From Rubripirellula sp. (lineage in GTDB: Bacteria; Planctomycetota; Planctomycetia; Pirellulales; Pirellulaceae), in NCBI GenBank assembly GCA_965216875.1, contig OZ244207.1, positions 3,232,001 to 3,296,000 of the forward strand: DNA of 64,000 bases, in the 5' to 3' direction. Each line of letters opens with the position of its first letter. The stretch's first letter is position 1. Below are positions 32,020 through 41,747 of the stretch, piece by piece. The notes beneath the pieces were generated by a model. It was not told where the DNA came from. It saw only the letters and a program-made list of their open reading frames with translations, and did not search any database. A program made the position numbers and the translations under genes.

Positions 32020-34038
32020 TTAGATGGCCTGCAATAATCGCACCCACCGCAGCAGTGCCTTTTGATCGACATCGCCACCACGCACGACGGGATAACCGCC
32101 CTGGATCAACCCGGCACTAAAGGTTGGCAACTCATCCCCTTCTTTGATCGGCAAAAGCACCTGCAGAGAGGCCGTTGGCTCATTCTCGCGAATGCGGACT
32201 GCCGGCGGCCTTGCCTGGGGTGAGACCGCCGAACCAAAGAAGATCTTGCTCTGTGAAACAGCCACCGCCAGTGCCATCGAATCGGCGGCTTCCGCTTTGA
32301 CGCCTCCAATCGCACCGGGTGCCGCAACCGCAACGGCCGCTTCATCAATCGCCGCTTTCTTGAGCACCGCGGTCGCAAATCGCCCGATCACTTCCAATTC
32401 CTTCGGCTGCCATTTGCTGTTGTCTTCCGGTGCCACCGCGCAAATAACCACTCCCTGTTGTTTCGCGGAATCCGCCCAGCTCTCGAGCAGTTTGACCGGC
32501 TCGCCTTGGCCGGGATTCATTAACAACACCATCAAACCAAGGCGACTATCCGTGTCAGCGTTTTCTGGCATCAACGTCGCGGCCTTGTTGGTGATGTCTG
32601 GTAGCTTGAGCTCTTTGATGGACCAATTCGATTCCGATTCCTCCCACACCGCCGGGTAGCCAACATTCAACTTGCCAGCGATCCGACGCGGCGTGATCTT
32701 TTCCGTCGTCTCGGCTCCGCCGCGAGTAAAGGTGATCGTTTGCTCGGCATCGGGCTTTGACGAAATCATCAAACGTCTCAACGATTGAACATCCACGATC
32801 TTGGTCTCGCCAATGCGCCGAATCACATCGCCAGGCTTCAGCACTTCGAATGCAGCCGATTGAGGCACGACCCCTTCGATAGCCACACCGCGATCTTCTT
32901 CATTCTCGCCACCCAACTCGGAAGCGATCACACCGATTTGTTGTGGCTCGAGTGGTGGAATCGATTCAGCAAGTTCCAGTTCGACCTCAAGATCCTTTTG
33001 CCCACGTTTCAGTTTCAAACGAAGGGTATCCCCTGCATCGAAGCGGCCCATCACCTGCCGAATCTCTTGATGGCGTCGCACGGGCGAGCCATCGACCTCA
33101 ATCACTCGATCGCCAGCTTTGATGCCCGCAGCCTCGGCGGGCGACCGAGCGCGAACCGCCGCGATCTCGGTCTCTTCAGCCATCGGATCTTTCGATTTTG
33201 AAACGATGCCAATGATGCCTTTCTTAATGTCTTCACCGGCACGCATCCGATCAATCTTGGTCGCAAGCACTTCCGATGGAATTGCAAAGGCAATGCCAGA
33301 GTCGTACCAACTGGTTGCATCGGGCGCGCCCCCTTCGGCCACAGCCGGAATGAACACGCCGAGAAAGTTCCCACGCAAATCGATCATCGGTCCGCCGTAG
33401 AACGATGGAGACACGCGGGCATCGGTTTGCAGCGCAATTCCATCAAGTCGTTCGCGAGCACTTAACACGCCACTTGAAACAAGCGGCGTTGCTTCTGAGC
33501 CATAACGCCCGACCGCGATTGCCGTCTGGCCAATTTGAGTCGTCGTTGGGGATGGAATCGTGATCGGTTGGAGCTTGGGATTTGCGGCGATCTTGAGCAG
33601 GACAAGATCACGGTGATGATCTCGAGCAATCACTTTGGCCGCCTGACGGGTTCCATCGGGCAAAACAACCAAAATACTGACCGACGGACGACGAACAACG
33701 ATACTCGACGCGACAATATGGCCCTGGTTATCGAGGATGACGCCCGAAGTCGGCGCGTCGCGTTCTACCTCGCTTGCCCCCGCGGCCTCGTCCAGCGTCC
33801 CGACGATTTCAACCGAAACGACCGACGGCAAAACTCGATTGGCCGCAGCACGAATCGCGGCCGCCATTTTCGTCCGAAACGTCACATCGTCTGCTTCCAC
33901 CTGCACAACGGCAAGCAGCGCGAACGAAAGTGTCAAAGCAAAAAGGAATCGTGGTTTCATCGGAGCGTTTAAGTAATCGAATGAACGCTGGTAACAAACG
34001 GCGAGCGGCGACTCCCGTTGAAGACGTGCGCCAATCAT
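32020..34038 (-). CDS. HtrA-like protein with two PDZ domains, degenerate catalytic site and C-terminal hydrolase-like domain
   Basis: PSVVSV, TSGVI, LQTDARVSPSFYGGP, two PDZ-like segments; alternative start at 33960. Confidence 0.8.
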   Translation of the reverse strand: MIGARLQRESPLAVCYQRSFDYLNAPMKPRFLFALTLSFALLAVVQVEADDVTFRTKMAAAIRAAANRVLPSVVSVEIVGTLDEAAGASEVERDAPTSGVILDNQGHIVASSIVVRRPSVSILVVLPDGTRQAAKVIARDHHRDLVLLKIAANPKLQPITIPSPTTTQIGQTAIAVGRYGSEATPLVSSGVLSARERLDGIALQTDARVSPSFYGGPMIDLRGNFLGVFIPAVAEGGAPDATSWYDSGIAFAIPSEVLATKIDRMRAGEDIKKGIIGIVSKSKDPMAEETEIAAVRARSPAEAAGIKAGDRVIEVDGSPVRRHQEIRQVMGRFDAGDTLRLKLKRGQKDLEVELELAESIPPLEPQQIGVIASELGGENEEDRGVAIEGVVPQSAAFEVLKPGDVIRRIGETKIVDVQSLRRLMISSKPDAEQTITFTRGGAETTEKITPRRIAGKLNVGYPAVWEESESNWSIKELKLPDITNKAATLMPENADTDSRLGLMVLLMNPGQGEPVKLLESWADSAKQQGVVICAVAPEDNSKWQPKELEVIGRFATAVLKKAAIDEAAVAVAAPGAIGGVKAEAADSMALAVAVSQSKIFFGSAVSPQARPPAVRIRENEPTASLQVLLPIKEGDELPTFSAGLIQGGYPVVRGGDVDQKALLRWVRLLQAI

Positions 34039-35048
34039 GGCCGCAAAACGAGAGGCACGATTTCGTTATCTCGCTGAATCGTTAATTCCACTTGGTCACG
34101 ACGATCCACGCGGCGCAACAAATCGCGAAGCCGTCTCTGACTCTCGACCCGCTTGCCGTCGACCAACAGCACCAAATCGTCGGGCCGTAACATCGCCATC
34201 GCTGCTGGACTCTCGGGAACGACGCTGTCGACATACGCCGGGGTCGATTCCAGTACATCAGGAATCATCACCAGGCCAAGACTGCGTGGGTTGTGCGACT
34301 TTTCACGTGGCAACAACATCGTTTCTGCCGAGGCGACCGTGGTCTTGCGTCCCGCAATGATGTCGCCAATCGCCGTTCGAAACTCGGTCGAAGGGATCGC
34401 GTAATTCAACCAAACTCCGGTCGATGCGTCGCGCAACTCTTTGCCTAGCAATCCGACTAAGTCGCCCTCGACGTTGACCAATGCGCCGCCAGCCGCCCCC
34501 GGGTTGTTCGCGATCAAATCCAGAATCAGCACTTTGCCCTGATAAGGCGTTTTGAAACGACCGCGTCGGGCATCCAAACTCGAGACCGCCGCAACACTTC
34601 CCTGCATGACGCTCGCAGGTTCGTTGCCAGCTGCAATCCCGAACAGGTTACTGACCGCGAGCACCGGGTCGCCCCATGTCAACGACAGCTCTTTGTCGAT
34701 CGCAAAGTATGGCAATTGGGACGCATCTTCGAGCTTCAGCACAGCAAGTTCGAGTGCGGGTTCAAATCCGACGATCGTCGACTCGAAGCGGCGCCCATCA
34801 TCAAGCACAACAATCGGCTCGACGTCAAGAACGTAGCTCCAGGCAGTCGCAACATGACCTTCGGGCGAAACCAAGACTCCGCTTTGGTAGGCCTCCAAGC
34901 CACGTTGCCCACCGGCACCATATACCTTGACGACGCGTTTCTGAGCATGCCGCGAAGCACTTTCAAGACTCGGCTGCGCAAGAGCATCGCCTGCGTGGAC
35001 GAATGACAAGCTGAAGGCAACACCCAACAGCAGCACCAATCGGCTCAT
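34035..35048 (-). CDS. HtrA-like protein with PDZ domain and degenerate catalytic site
   Basis: QSGVLVSPEG, NNPGAAGGALV, C-terminal PDZ; 4-nt overlaps with both neighbours. Confidence 0.82.
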   Translation of the reverse strand: MSRLVLLLGVAFSLSFVHAGDALAQPSLESASRHAQKRVVKVYGAGGQRGLEAYQSGVLVSPEGHVATAWSYVLDVEPIVVLDDGRRFESTIVGFEPALELAVLKLEDASQLPYFAIDKELSLTWGDPVLAVSNLFGIAAGNEPASVMQGSVAAVSSLDARRGRFKTPYQGKVLILDLIANNPGAAGGALVNVEGDLVGLLGKELRDASTGVWLNYAIPSTEFRTAIGDIIAGRKTTVASAETMLLPREKSHNPRSLGLVMIPDVLESTPAYVDSVVPESPAAMAMLRPDDLVLLVDGKRVESQRRLRDLLRRVDRRDQVELTIQRDNEIVPLVLRP

Positions 35049-36865
35049 TGCGTCACCTCCTCGGCTTGCGCCTTTGGATCGTCAGCAACGGTCCACGATT
35101 TTATTTTCACGCGTGCGACCGATTCGATGCCATACCGCAAATCAAGATAGGTCGGCGGGTCTGTTTTGGAGTCCCCTTCGGCGACCACCCAAAGTTCCGC
35201 AGGATCTTCATCGCGGTCAGCAAACACTTCGATCGCCTCGACGCTTCGTGTGGCAGGATGGCTTAGCCAACGGACTTCCATCTCGCCGTCGATTCCGACC
35301 ATGCAATCGCGAAGCGGTCGCTGGCCGCCCAGTGGCATCGATCCGAGATAGAAACTCTCACCAAATTTCTTGGGGCCACTTGAGATCATTCGGCGCCACG
35401 CATCGAGTGCCGGTAACATGCCAGCGACCGAGCGGGTCAAAACCAAGTCATACATCTCCGACTTGTCATTGGCTTCAAACACCGTGTCTCCAAAGGCAAT
35501 CGACCGCACATTTGGGCCAACGCGTATCGAAACATCAATCGGGTTATCGCCTTCGGTGGCTCCTTCGATCACCCATGTCTTTTTGTCGCTTTCCTGGCCG
35601 CCGGGGAATTGCTCACGAAGTGAATCGATAAACGACGCTTGCTGCTCGAGATTGAAGTGGTAGTTGGCGTACCCTTTGCGCTGCTCCAACAGGTCGGACA
35701 CGGCCTTCGGAATCTTGGGCTCAGGCTTGGCAAGATTCAGTGGCAACTTCGGATGTCCTTCGTGGTCACCTTCATCATCCTTTTCGCCCTTCTCTTTGGG
35801 CGGGGCGCTCTTTCGTCTTGGAGGAGGCGGAGGCAATGCACCCGCCATTTTCTCGAGCAGTTCGTCGGGGCCGTGGACACTCATAAGCCGCACGAGCGTG
35901 TCGATGGTTTCGCCATCATGTCGAAACGACATTTTGACTCGCCAACCGCTCGGCAACGTTGCCAACACGTTTTGCAGGTCGTTGGCGGTCTGGATCACGC
36001 GACCATCGACTTCAAGAATCTCGTCCGAATAACGCAAACCTCGACGAAACGCGTCACTCGATTCCAGAATATTGGTAACGCGAGCACCGCCGTCGGGATC
36101 GGTCGCTACGGTTGCTCCCAACGTGGCGTGGTCGACAATACGACCACTCTTCAAATAGCCCAAAAAGTTATTCGCCTGGTTGATCGAGATGGCATAGCCA
36201 ACCCCGACGTTGATCCGGCCACGTTTTTCGAAGGACGCACGTCCAACGATTCCTAGCAATCGGCCTTCGGCATCGTAGATTGGGCCACCCGAGTTTCCCG
36301 GATTGATCGACGCTTGCGTCTGCAAACAATCGGCGTACTCAAGCAATGTCCCCGACGGGTATTGGTATCGTCCAACGCCACTCAAGATGCCCCAAGTCAC
36401 GGTGGGCTGAAGATTCGACGCCAACAGGAACGGATTGCCGATCACCATCGACCAATCGCCAACACGAGCTTTACGGCTGTCCGCCAACTCGGCAACGGGA
36501 AAGTCATCGCGTCCGAGCAGTCGGATCATCGCGAGGTCACCAACAGGATCGATTCCCACGATCACCGCGTCATAGATTTTCCCGTCACTGAGCCCACAAC
36601 GCATGTAGGAGCCAGCGGGACTGGTGACGTGAAAATTGGTCAGAGCGTACCCGTCAGGCGAAATCAAAACGCCACTCCCCCCGCCGGCACCTCCGGGGAC
36701 GAACACGCATACCGTTGATGGCATCGCGCGAGCAACCGCGTCGATTCGGTCCTGCTCGGCCTGCATGATCAACGGGTCGATCTCGATCGGCTCGTCGGCA
36801 GCAACCAACGAAGGAGCTGCAGTGACCAACAGCAACGCGACCAAACAGATGGCTCGATTGTTCAT
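35045..36865 (-). CDS. HtrA/DegP-like serine protease with PDZ domain
   Basis: GSGVLI, TNFHV (His), GDLAM (Asp), INPGNSGGP (Ser). Confidence 0.9.
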   Translation of the reverse strand: MNNRAICLVALLLVTAAPSLVAADEPIEIDPLIMQAEQDRIDAVARAMPSTVCVFVPGGAGGGSGVLISPDGYALTNFHVTSPAGSYMRCGLSDGKIYDAVIVGIDPVGDLAMIRLLGRDDFPVAELADSRKARVGDWSMVIGNPFLLASNLQPTVTWGILSGVGRYQYPSGTLLEYADCLQTQASINPGNSGGPIYDAEGRLLGIVGRASFEKRGRINVGVGYAISINQANNFLGYLKSGRIVDHATLGATVATDPDGGARVTNILESSDAFRRGLRYSDEILEVDGRVIQTANDLQNVLATLPSGWRVKMSFRHDGETIDTLVRLMSVHGPDELLEKMAGALPPPPPRRKSAPPKEKGEKDDEGDHEGHPKLPLNLAKPEPKIPKAVSDLLEQRKGYANYHFNLEQQASFIDSLREQFPGGQESDKKTWVIEGATEGDNPIDVSIRVGPNVRSIAFGDTVFEANDKSEMYDLVLTRSVAGMLPALDAWRRMISSGPKKFGESFYLGSMPLGGQRPLRDCMVGIDGEMEVRWLSHPATRSVEAIEVFADRDEDPAELWVVAEGDSKTDPPTYLDLRYGIESVARVKIKSWTVADDPKAQAEEVTQ

Positions 36866-38037
36866 TTTACAAACCGCGCTCGCGTGATTCGAATGGTATC
36901 ACCAAGGTCCCCGTCGGGCCCGCTATCGACTTCGATGCGAACGCGACGCGCCTCGGTGACCTGTAGCTGAAAACCGAGTGGCTCTGCTCGGCCAACCTCC
37001 TGCTCCCACTCTACATTGCCGTCGATGCTGATTCGAACCTTCGCATTTCCAGCATCCTTCACCTGCGAACCACGTGTGACGCTTCCAACCAAAGAATTGA
37101 AGCCCTTCTCGACTCGGTACTCAACGAACGAGTCACCTTGCAAAACGAGATCGGATTCACCCTCCGCGGCCGGTCCAAACCACTGCGAGACAAGTTTGGG
37201 ATCGACCTTCGTTTTGAAAAAGGTCTCGTGCGAAGCTTCTGCCGGCTCGATTGCAGCAAGCGACTGAATACCGCTGGACCATTGAATACTGAGCACGTGC
37301 GAGACCGGCAGCTCATGCACCGTTGGCCCACTCAGCTGGATCCGCAGCGGATCAACATCGTCCCCCGGCAAAACCTTCGACACAAGCCAAGTCGAGCCGT
37401 AGATGTCTTTGATCTTTAGCAATGGCTCCGATGCACTCGTGGATCCCGAAGCGAAGACGATACCTTCGAGACGGTCCATCGGAGCGTCAATGATGTCGCT
37501 GTCGAGATTGAATTTGACCACTCCGTCGGCAATCCCCTCAACAATACCGCGGTACGGATCAATCTTCGCGCCCGTGTTGCGAATCGCCAGCACGTCGCCG
37601 CGTCCTTCTTGCTCCAACAGCCCGAACCACTTCGCGTCTGTTTCAGGCGATGACGGCCGGAAACGAATCGACTTGACCTGCTTGACGTTGACACGGATTT
37701 CACGCTGTCGCCGCGGTTCGACGACAAGCGTTTCGCCATCGAGTGAAAGATCCTGGGCAGTGATCGTCGTACCACCATGAAGCGTCACCAACGAGGTGGG
37801 CGGTGTCTTTTCGGGCGCGTCAATGTGCTCAAGAGAAATTGCATCATCAAAATGCAACTCAGTCCGTCCCTCGGACGGTCGCGACAAGAGAACGGTCGAA
37901 TTGGTTAGCCCACGCAACTCGGCCGTGTAAGCTTCGCCTGAGCTTGTCGTCACACGTACCGGAATCGTCGCCAGCACCAAAGTGACGGCCAACTTGGAAA
38001 TAAGGGAAAAGCCCAACACCATTGAGCAAGCCGTCAT
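36862..38037 (-). CDS. Secreted protein with C-terminal NPCBM-like domain
   Basis: C-terminal GNAKVRISIDG...ARRVRIEVDSGPDGDLGD pattern; start uncertain. Confidence 0.7.
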   Translation of the reverse strand: MTACSMVLGFSLISKLAVTLVLATIPVRVTTSSGEAYTAELRGLTNSTVLLSRPSEGRTELHFDDAISLEHIDAPEKTPPTSLVTLHGGTTITAQDLSLDGETLVVEPRRQREIRVNVKQVKSIRFRPSSPETDAKWFGLLEQEGRGDVLAIRNTGAKIDPYRGIVEGIADGVVKFNLDSDIIDAPMDRLEGIVFASGSTSASEPLLKIKDIYGSTWLVSKVLPGDDVDPLRIQLSGPTVHELPVSHVLSIQWSSGIQSLAAIEPAEASHETFFKTKVDPKLVSQWFGPAAEGESDLVLQGDSFVEYRVEKGFNSLVGSVTRGSQVKDAGNAKVRISIDGNVEWEQEVGRAEPLGFQLQVTEARRVRIEVDSGPDGDLGDTIRITRARFVK

Positions 38038-38304
38038 AGCAACCTTGCGTGTACCGAAATAAATGGGGAGCAGTCGCAAATCCTCTTGGCGACCTCGTTT
38101 CCTCGGTGAGGAATTCTCCTTCACAGTTTAGCGCAAATTGCCCCAAAAGTCTGCCAGCAACCGCCACTTTCCGAGGCCTGGCGTGCCTCGCTTTTGGTAA
38201 ATCTGGCCGCAGCCGGTCTAAGAAGGTGGACCGCCGTACGTTATTCGTATGAAATCTGAACACCTCAAAACGCACATCCCCCCTGAAATACGGAAGCCTA
38301 GCTC

Positions 38305-38796
38305 ATGCGATTTCAAGTCATGCTGGTCGCCCTCTGCCTGTTGTTCGCCTTCCCCAGCAGCCTGACCGCAGAATCAAAAACACTGCTCACGCGAATCGGA
38401 GAATACCAATACCCCAAAGCGAAATTGAGCGGAGGCGCGACGATGGCGGATGGCGCGACGATCAATTCGCAAGGTGATCGAACCGTTCCCTCACTCTATT
38501 GCTCGACCGTCATGACCACCCCCGATGACGTTGAACAAGTGCTGGCGTTCTACAAATCACTGCTGCAGCCAGAGCCAAAGGAAAAGAAAAAGGCAAGCGA
38601 CTCGGATGAAAGAGACGATGCCGCCGGTCGCTCAGTCATGTTCCACGAAAACTCCAAAGATCGTCCCGTCACGCTACACGTGATCAACGTCAACGAAGAA
38701 AACGTCTCGACCACGATCATTATCAGCCGCGTGACCGGCGAAAAGCTAACACAGATCGCCTGGTCGCAGTACGAGCGGATGCCCATCAACCGTTAG
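38305..38796 (+). CDS. Secreted hypothetical protein
   Basis: Signal peptide; TTPDDVEQVLAFYK motif. Confidence 0.7.
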   Translation: MRFQVMLVALCLLFAFPSSLTAESKTLLTRIGEYQYPKAKLSGGATMADGATINSQGDRTVPSLYCSTVMTTPDDVEQVLAFYKSLLQPEPKEKKKASDSDERDDAAGRSVMFHENSKDRPVTLHVINVNEENVSTTIIISRVTGEKLTQIAWSQYERMPINR

Positions 38797-38819
38797 GATG
38801 AATCGGTCGCTGGCCGATA

Positions 38820-38882
38820 GTCGCCATTTGCTCCGCAAAAGTTGCGTTTGCGAACGCTACTTTCGCGGAGCGAAAGGCGACA
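38820..38882. repeat. REP-like palindrome, family A copy 3 (opposite orientation)
   Basis: GTCGCCATTTGCTCCGCAAAAGTTGCG...CTTTCGCGGAGCGAAAGGCGACA between convergent genes. Confidence 0.85.
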
Positions 38883-38930
38883 TTCAAAATACCGGCGGCC
38901 AGCGGCTCACGGACACTCGCGTCTCGCCGC

Positions 38931-39611
38931 TCACATTTCCTTCGCCCTTACATCGGCATACACAAAACCATTCCGCTCGACGACCTCGCCGACGTCCACA
39001 CTCAGAGGCGAAGCCATGTGAGGGCCTTCATAACAGAACGTGTGGAACTCGCCGTTCTCGGCGCAGCGGTCGACTGAAGGTGGCAAATCGTCAATCAAGT
39101 CTTGATCAAAGGTCCGCCCAAGGAACGATCTAGGAATCTGCTTGGGGTCGACACAGGTGACGACAGCTCGAACGCCTGCGTCGACCATCTCCTGTGCCAG
39201 CGCGCTGGTCCGATGCCTACCACACCAAATCGGAAACATAGGCTCAATCCCCGTCCCCTCGAGCTGGCGAATCCGATAGTCGCGAATGTCCTCCAGATAC
39301 AAATCACCAAAGGCCATCTGCACAACGCCGATCGACTTGGCGGTATCGATAAAGGCGCGCATGCGTGACTCGTACTCTTCGTTGCTGCATGGCCACGGCA
39401 GTAGGATTGGAAAGAGTGGCAGCCCAATCGCTTTGGCCTGCGCCTCGACCAGCTCACGGCGCACGGCGTGCATCGCCACACGATCAGCCTGCTCATTGAA
39501 CGATGTGACCAGGCCGACAATCTCGACTTCATCATCGCTCTGCAATTGGTGAAGCATCCAAGAACTGTCTTTCCCGCTGCTCCAAGAAATCAGCGTCCGC
39601 TTACGAGCCAT
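38931..39611 (-). CDS. Adenine nucleotide alpha-hydrolase (PP-loop, Dph6-like) protein
   Basis: SWSSGKDS PP-loop, FGDLYLEDIRDYR, CAENGEFHTF. Confidence 0.88.
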   Translation of the reverse strand: MARKRTLISWSSGKDSSWMLHQLQSDDEVEIVGLVTSFNEQADRVAMHAVRRELVEAQAKAIGLPLFPILLPWPCSNEEYESRMRAFIDTAKSIGVVQMAFGDLYLEDIRDYRIRQLEGTGIEPMFPIWCGRHRTSALAQEMVDAGVRAVVTCVDPKQIPRSFLGRTFDQDLIDDLPPSVDRCAENGEFHTFCYEGPHMASPLSVDVGEVVERNGFVYADVRAKEM

Positions 39612-39628
39612 GTCATTGCACCGCCAAA

Positions 39629-40156
39629 TCAGACATTCGCCGAGAGCGTCTGGTCACGCATCGCGGGGAAACGCCACTGTGCCAATGCGAAAGCGCCAAA
39701 GAAAACACCACAGTAAATCAGATCACTTGCGACGGTGTTGCGAAAGAACGGAATCGCCAACTGGTAACAGCGAACGAAATCAGGCAGCGTCGGCGAATAA
39801 AACACAAGCCAACACGCAAAGTTAGTGACCACGAAAAAGCAAAGGCTGCCCAGCAACGACGTCGAAACGATTCGCATTGCCGATGCATCGGAACCAACGA
39901 AGCGATGTCCTAGATAGACGCTGATGACGAAACAGAGATAGGTCGCTGGCATCAGCATGTGAAATCCGAGCAAACAATCGCTCAAGAACATAATGACCAG
40001 CGGTACGCCAAACGCGAGGCGTTTGGAGGGGAACATCGCTCCTGCAAAGATCGCGATCGCGCCGACGGGGGTGAAATTCATCGGGTGCGGGATCAACCTC
40101 AAAAGCACCGCGCCGACAACCATCGCAATCAGCAACAACATTCGGCTCTTATTCAT
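39629..40156 (-). CDS. DUF6580-like putative transporter membrane protein
   Basis: RLIPHPMNFTPVGAIAIF, FFVVTNFACW, CYQLAIPFFRNT; downstream of a cobalamin riboswitch. Confidence 0.8.
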   Translation of the reverse strand: MNKSRMLLLIAMVVGAVLLRLIPHPMNFTPVGAIAIFAGAMFPSKRLAFGVPLVIMFLSDCLLGFHMLMPATYLCFVISVYLGHRFVGSDASAMRIVSTSLLGSLCFFVVTNFACWLVFYSPTLPDFVRCYQLAIPFFRNTVASDLIYCGVFFGAFALAQWRFPAMRDQTLSANV

Positions 40157-40407
40157 TCGTTTCTCTCTGAATCGTCAGGCGTTTGCATGCTCGATTTACG
40201 TCGCCCTTCAAGCTGGTGATTGACGTTGATGCGATCAGCGTCGCTGTAGGTCGACCAAGCGGCGATCTCCCCAACCGTTCTCAAACACCCCACGCAGACG
40301 CCATCGACTGCACGACAAACACCCGTACATGGCGATTGAGCGTTCGCCTGGGGCGAAACGGCCGAGCGTTGCGTTGTGCAATTCGTGGAGGGGTCGCTCA
40401 TCGACAT
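40153..40407 (-). CDS. DUF1289-like small Cys-rich protein
   Basis: SPCTGVC...CVGCLRTVGEIAAW; start 40407 or 40401. Confidence 0.8.
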   Translation of the reverse strand: MSMSDPSTNCTTQRSAVSPQANAQSPCTGVCRAVDGVCVGCLRTVGEIAAWSTYSDADRINVNHQLEGRRKSSMQTPDDSERNE

Positions 40408-40535
40408 TCGTTGGGTAGTCGCGCCAAAACAACAGCTTGGCTTGGGTGGGTCAAAACCATGGATAACAAAGAAGCATCGTTTTCCCGTCCGTTCTCGGCA
40501 GACAGTCCGCAATCACGCGGACCATGGAAAAAGAG

Positions 40536-40718
40536 CATTGGTAGGTCTTCTGACTCCTGCGTTTCGAGCCCGCCTTCTCATTCGCTTCGGTCGAAGCGAA
40601 CAATGGCAAATAGATGGACTCGAAAGGTTGCGCAGTTACAGCGGCCGGACCGTCCCGGAATTTCACCGGATTCCCTGTTCGCCCACCCGATCGAATTCGG
40701 GAGGGCCACCAACGCTTG
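40536..40718 (-). promoter_or_regulatory. Cobalamin riboswitch
   Basis: Minus strand AACAGGGAATCCGGTGAAATTCCGGGACGGTCCGGCCGCTGTAA...GCCATTG...GAGAAGGC...GAGTCAGAAGACCTACC (B12 box). Confidence 0.92.
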
Positions 40719-40810
40719 CTCGCGAGAAAGGCTAACAGGAATCCGCCGAGGTGGCTACTACCAATTTGCCGCCAACGGTTCGACGGCACACCTAACCGGG
40801 AAAATCGAGA

Positions 40811-41629
40811 TCACTGCGAATCAGACGTCGATTGAGGAGCACCGGCAAGCTCTTCAGGCAACTCGCTGTCCAGCCGCTCCATGTAGGGATCGGTCGGACG
40901 CTGCGGGTTCTGCCAATAGTTTTTGACATCCCAAACGGGTTGGTTGTCGAGCTTTGCCGACAACACCTGCGATGACATTCGCGCGAGTGTGAATCTCCAT
41001 TCGGACGACTCGTCTTTGGTTTCCACCGCCTCAAGTAGCAACATCACTTCCGGGTCATTGGCGGTCACGAACGTAAACATTGCCCCATCAATCACTCCTC
41101 GCTCTGGCGAACGATACCGCATCAATGGAGTTGGCAACAAACGCTTCGAAGTCACGTCAAAGCGTTCGGCCATCCGCTTCATTTGAACAAGCCGCAACCG
41201 CGGATTGGGCGAGGGCATGGGAGCACCACTGAGCGTTTGCCTTGGAAAGTGATTGTCTTTCGGCATCCAAAATGGATTCCCCTCCATCCGGCAAGACATT
41301 TGCGTCTCGGCCAACGAGACGAACTCCCGAAACACTTCCTTTTCGCGGCGGATCGAATACGAAGCCAGCGCGACCGGAATCTCATCGTGTGTCCAAACCA
41401 CCAACGCCCCTTTGGAATGAGCCTCGTAGTTGGGATTGCTATATCGAAGTAGCGGCGATTCGCGCAGCTCGACTTTGGTTTCGTCCCCAACCACTTCGAA
41501 CTCAAGTGCTCGCGCCCGGTCAAGCAAAAATGCCAACCGCTTGTCCTTCATCTCAGATTCGTCGCCACGCGCGATCCCTATCGACGCCAATGAACAAACA
41601 AGCACACAAGCAGCTACACGAAACATCAC
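40811..41629 (-). CDS. Secreted hypothetical protein
   Basis: 272-aa ORF with signal peptide and an internal repeat-like PLLRY/PLMRY motif. Confidence 0.75.
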   Translation of the reverse strand: MMFRVAACVLVCSLASIGIARGDESEMKDKRLAFLLDRARALEFEVVGDETKVELRESPLLRYSNPNYEAHSKGALVVWTHDEIPVALASYSIRREKEVFREFVSLAETQMSCRMEGNPFWMPKDNHFPRQTLSGAPMPSPNPRLRLVQMKRMAERFDVTSKRLLPTPLMRYRSPERGVIDGAMFTFVTANDPEVMLLLEAVETKDESSEWRFTLARMSSQVLSAKLDNQPVWDVKNYWQNPQRPTDPYMERLDSELPEELAGAPQSTSDSQ

Positions 41630-41747
41630 TCAAGCCCTTCCTTCTCGCGAACCAAGCCGATCAGCCTAGCCCCGATTCTAAGACGCTACGTCTAAATGTC
41701 AACAAAGCGTTCAAATGCCGGTAAGGAACAGGCTGGCGGCGTTGGCA

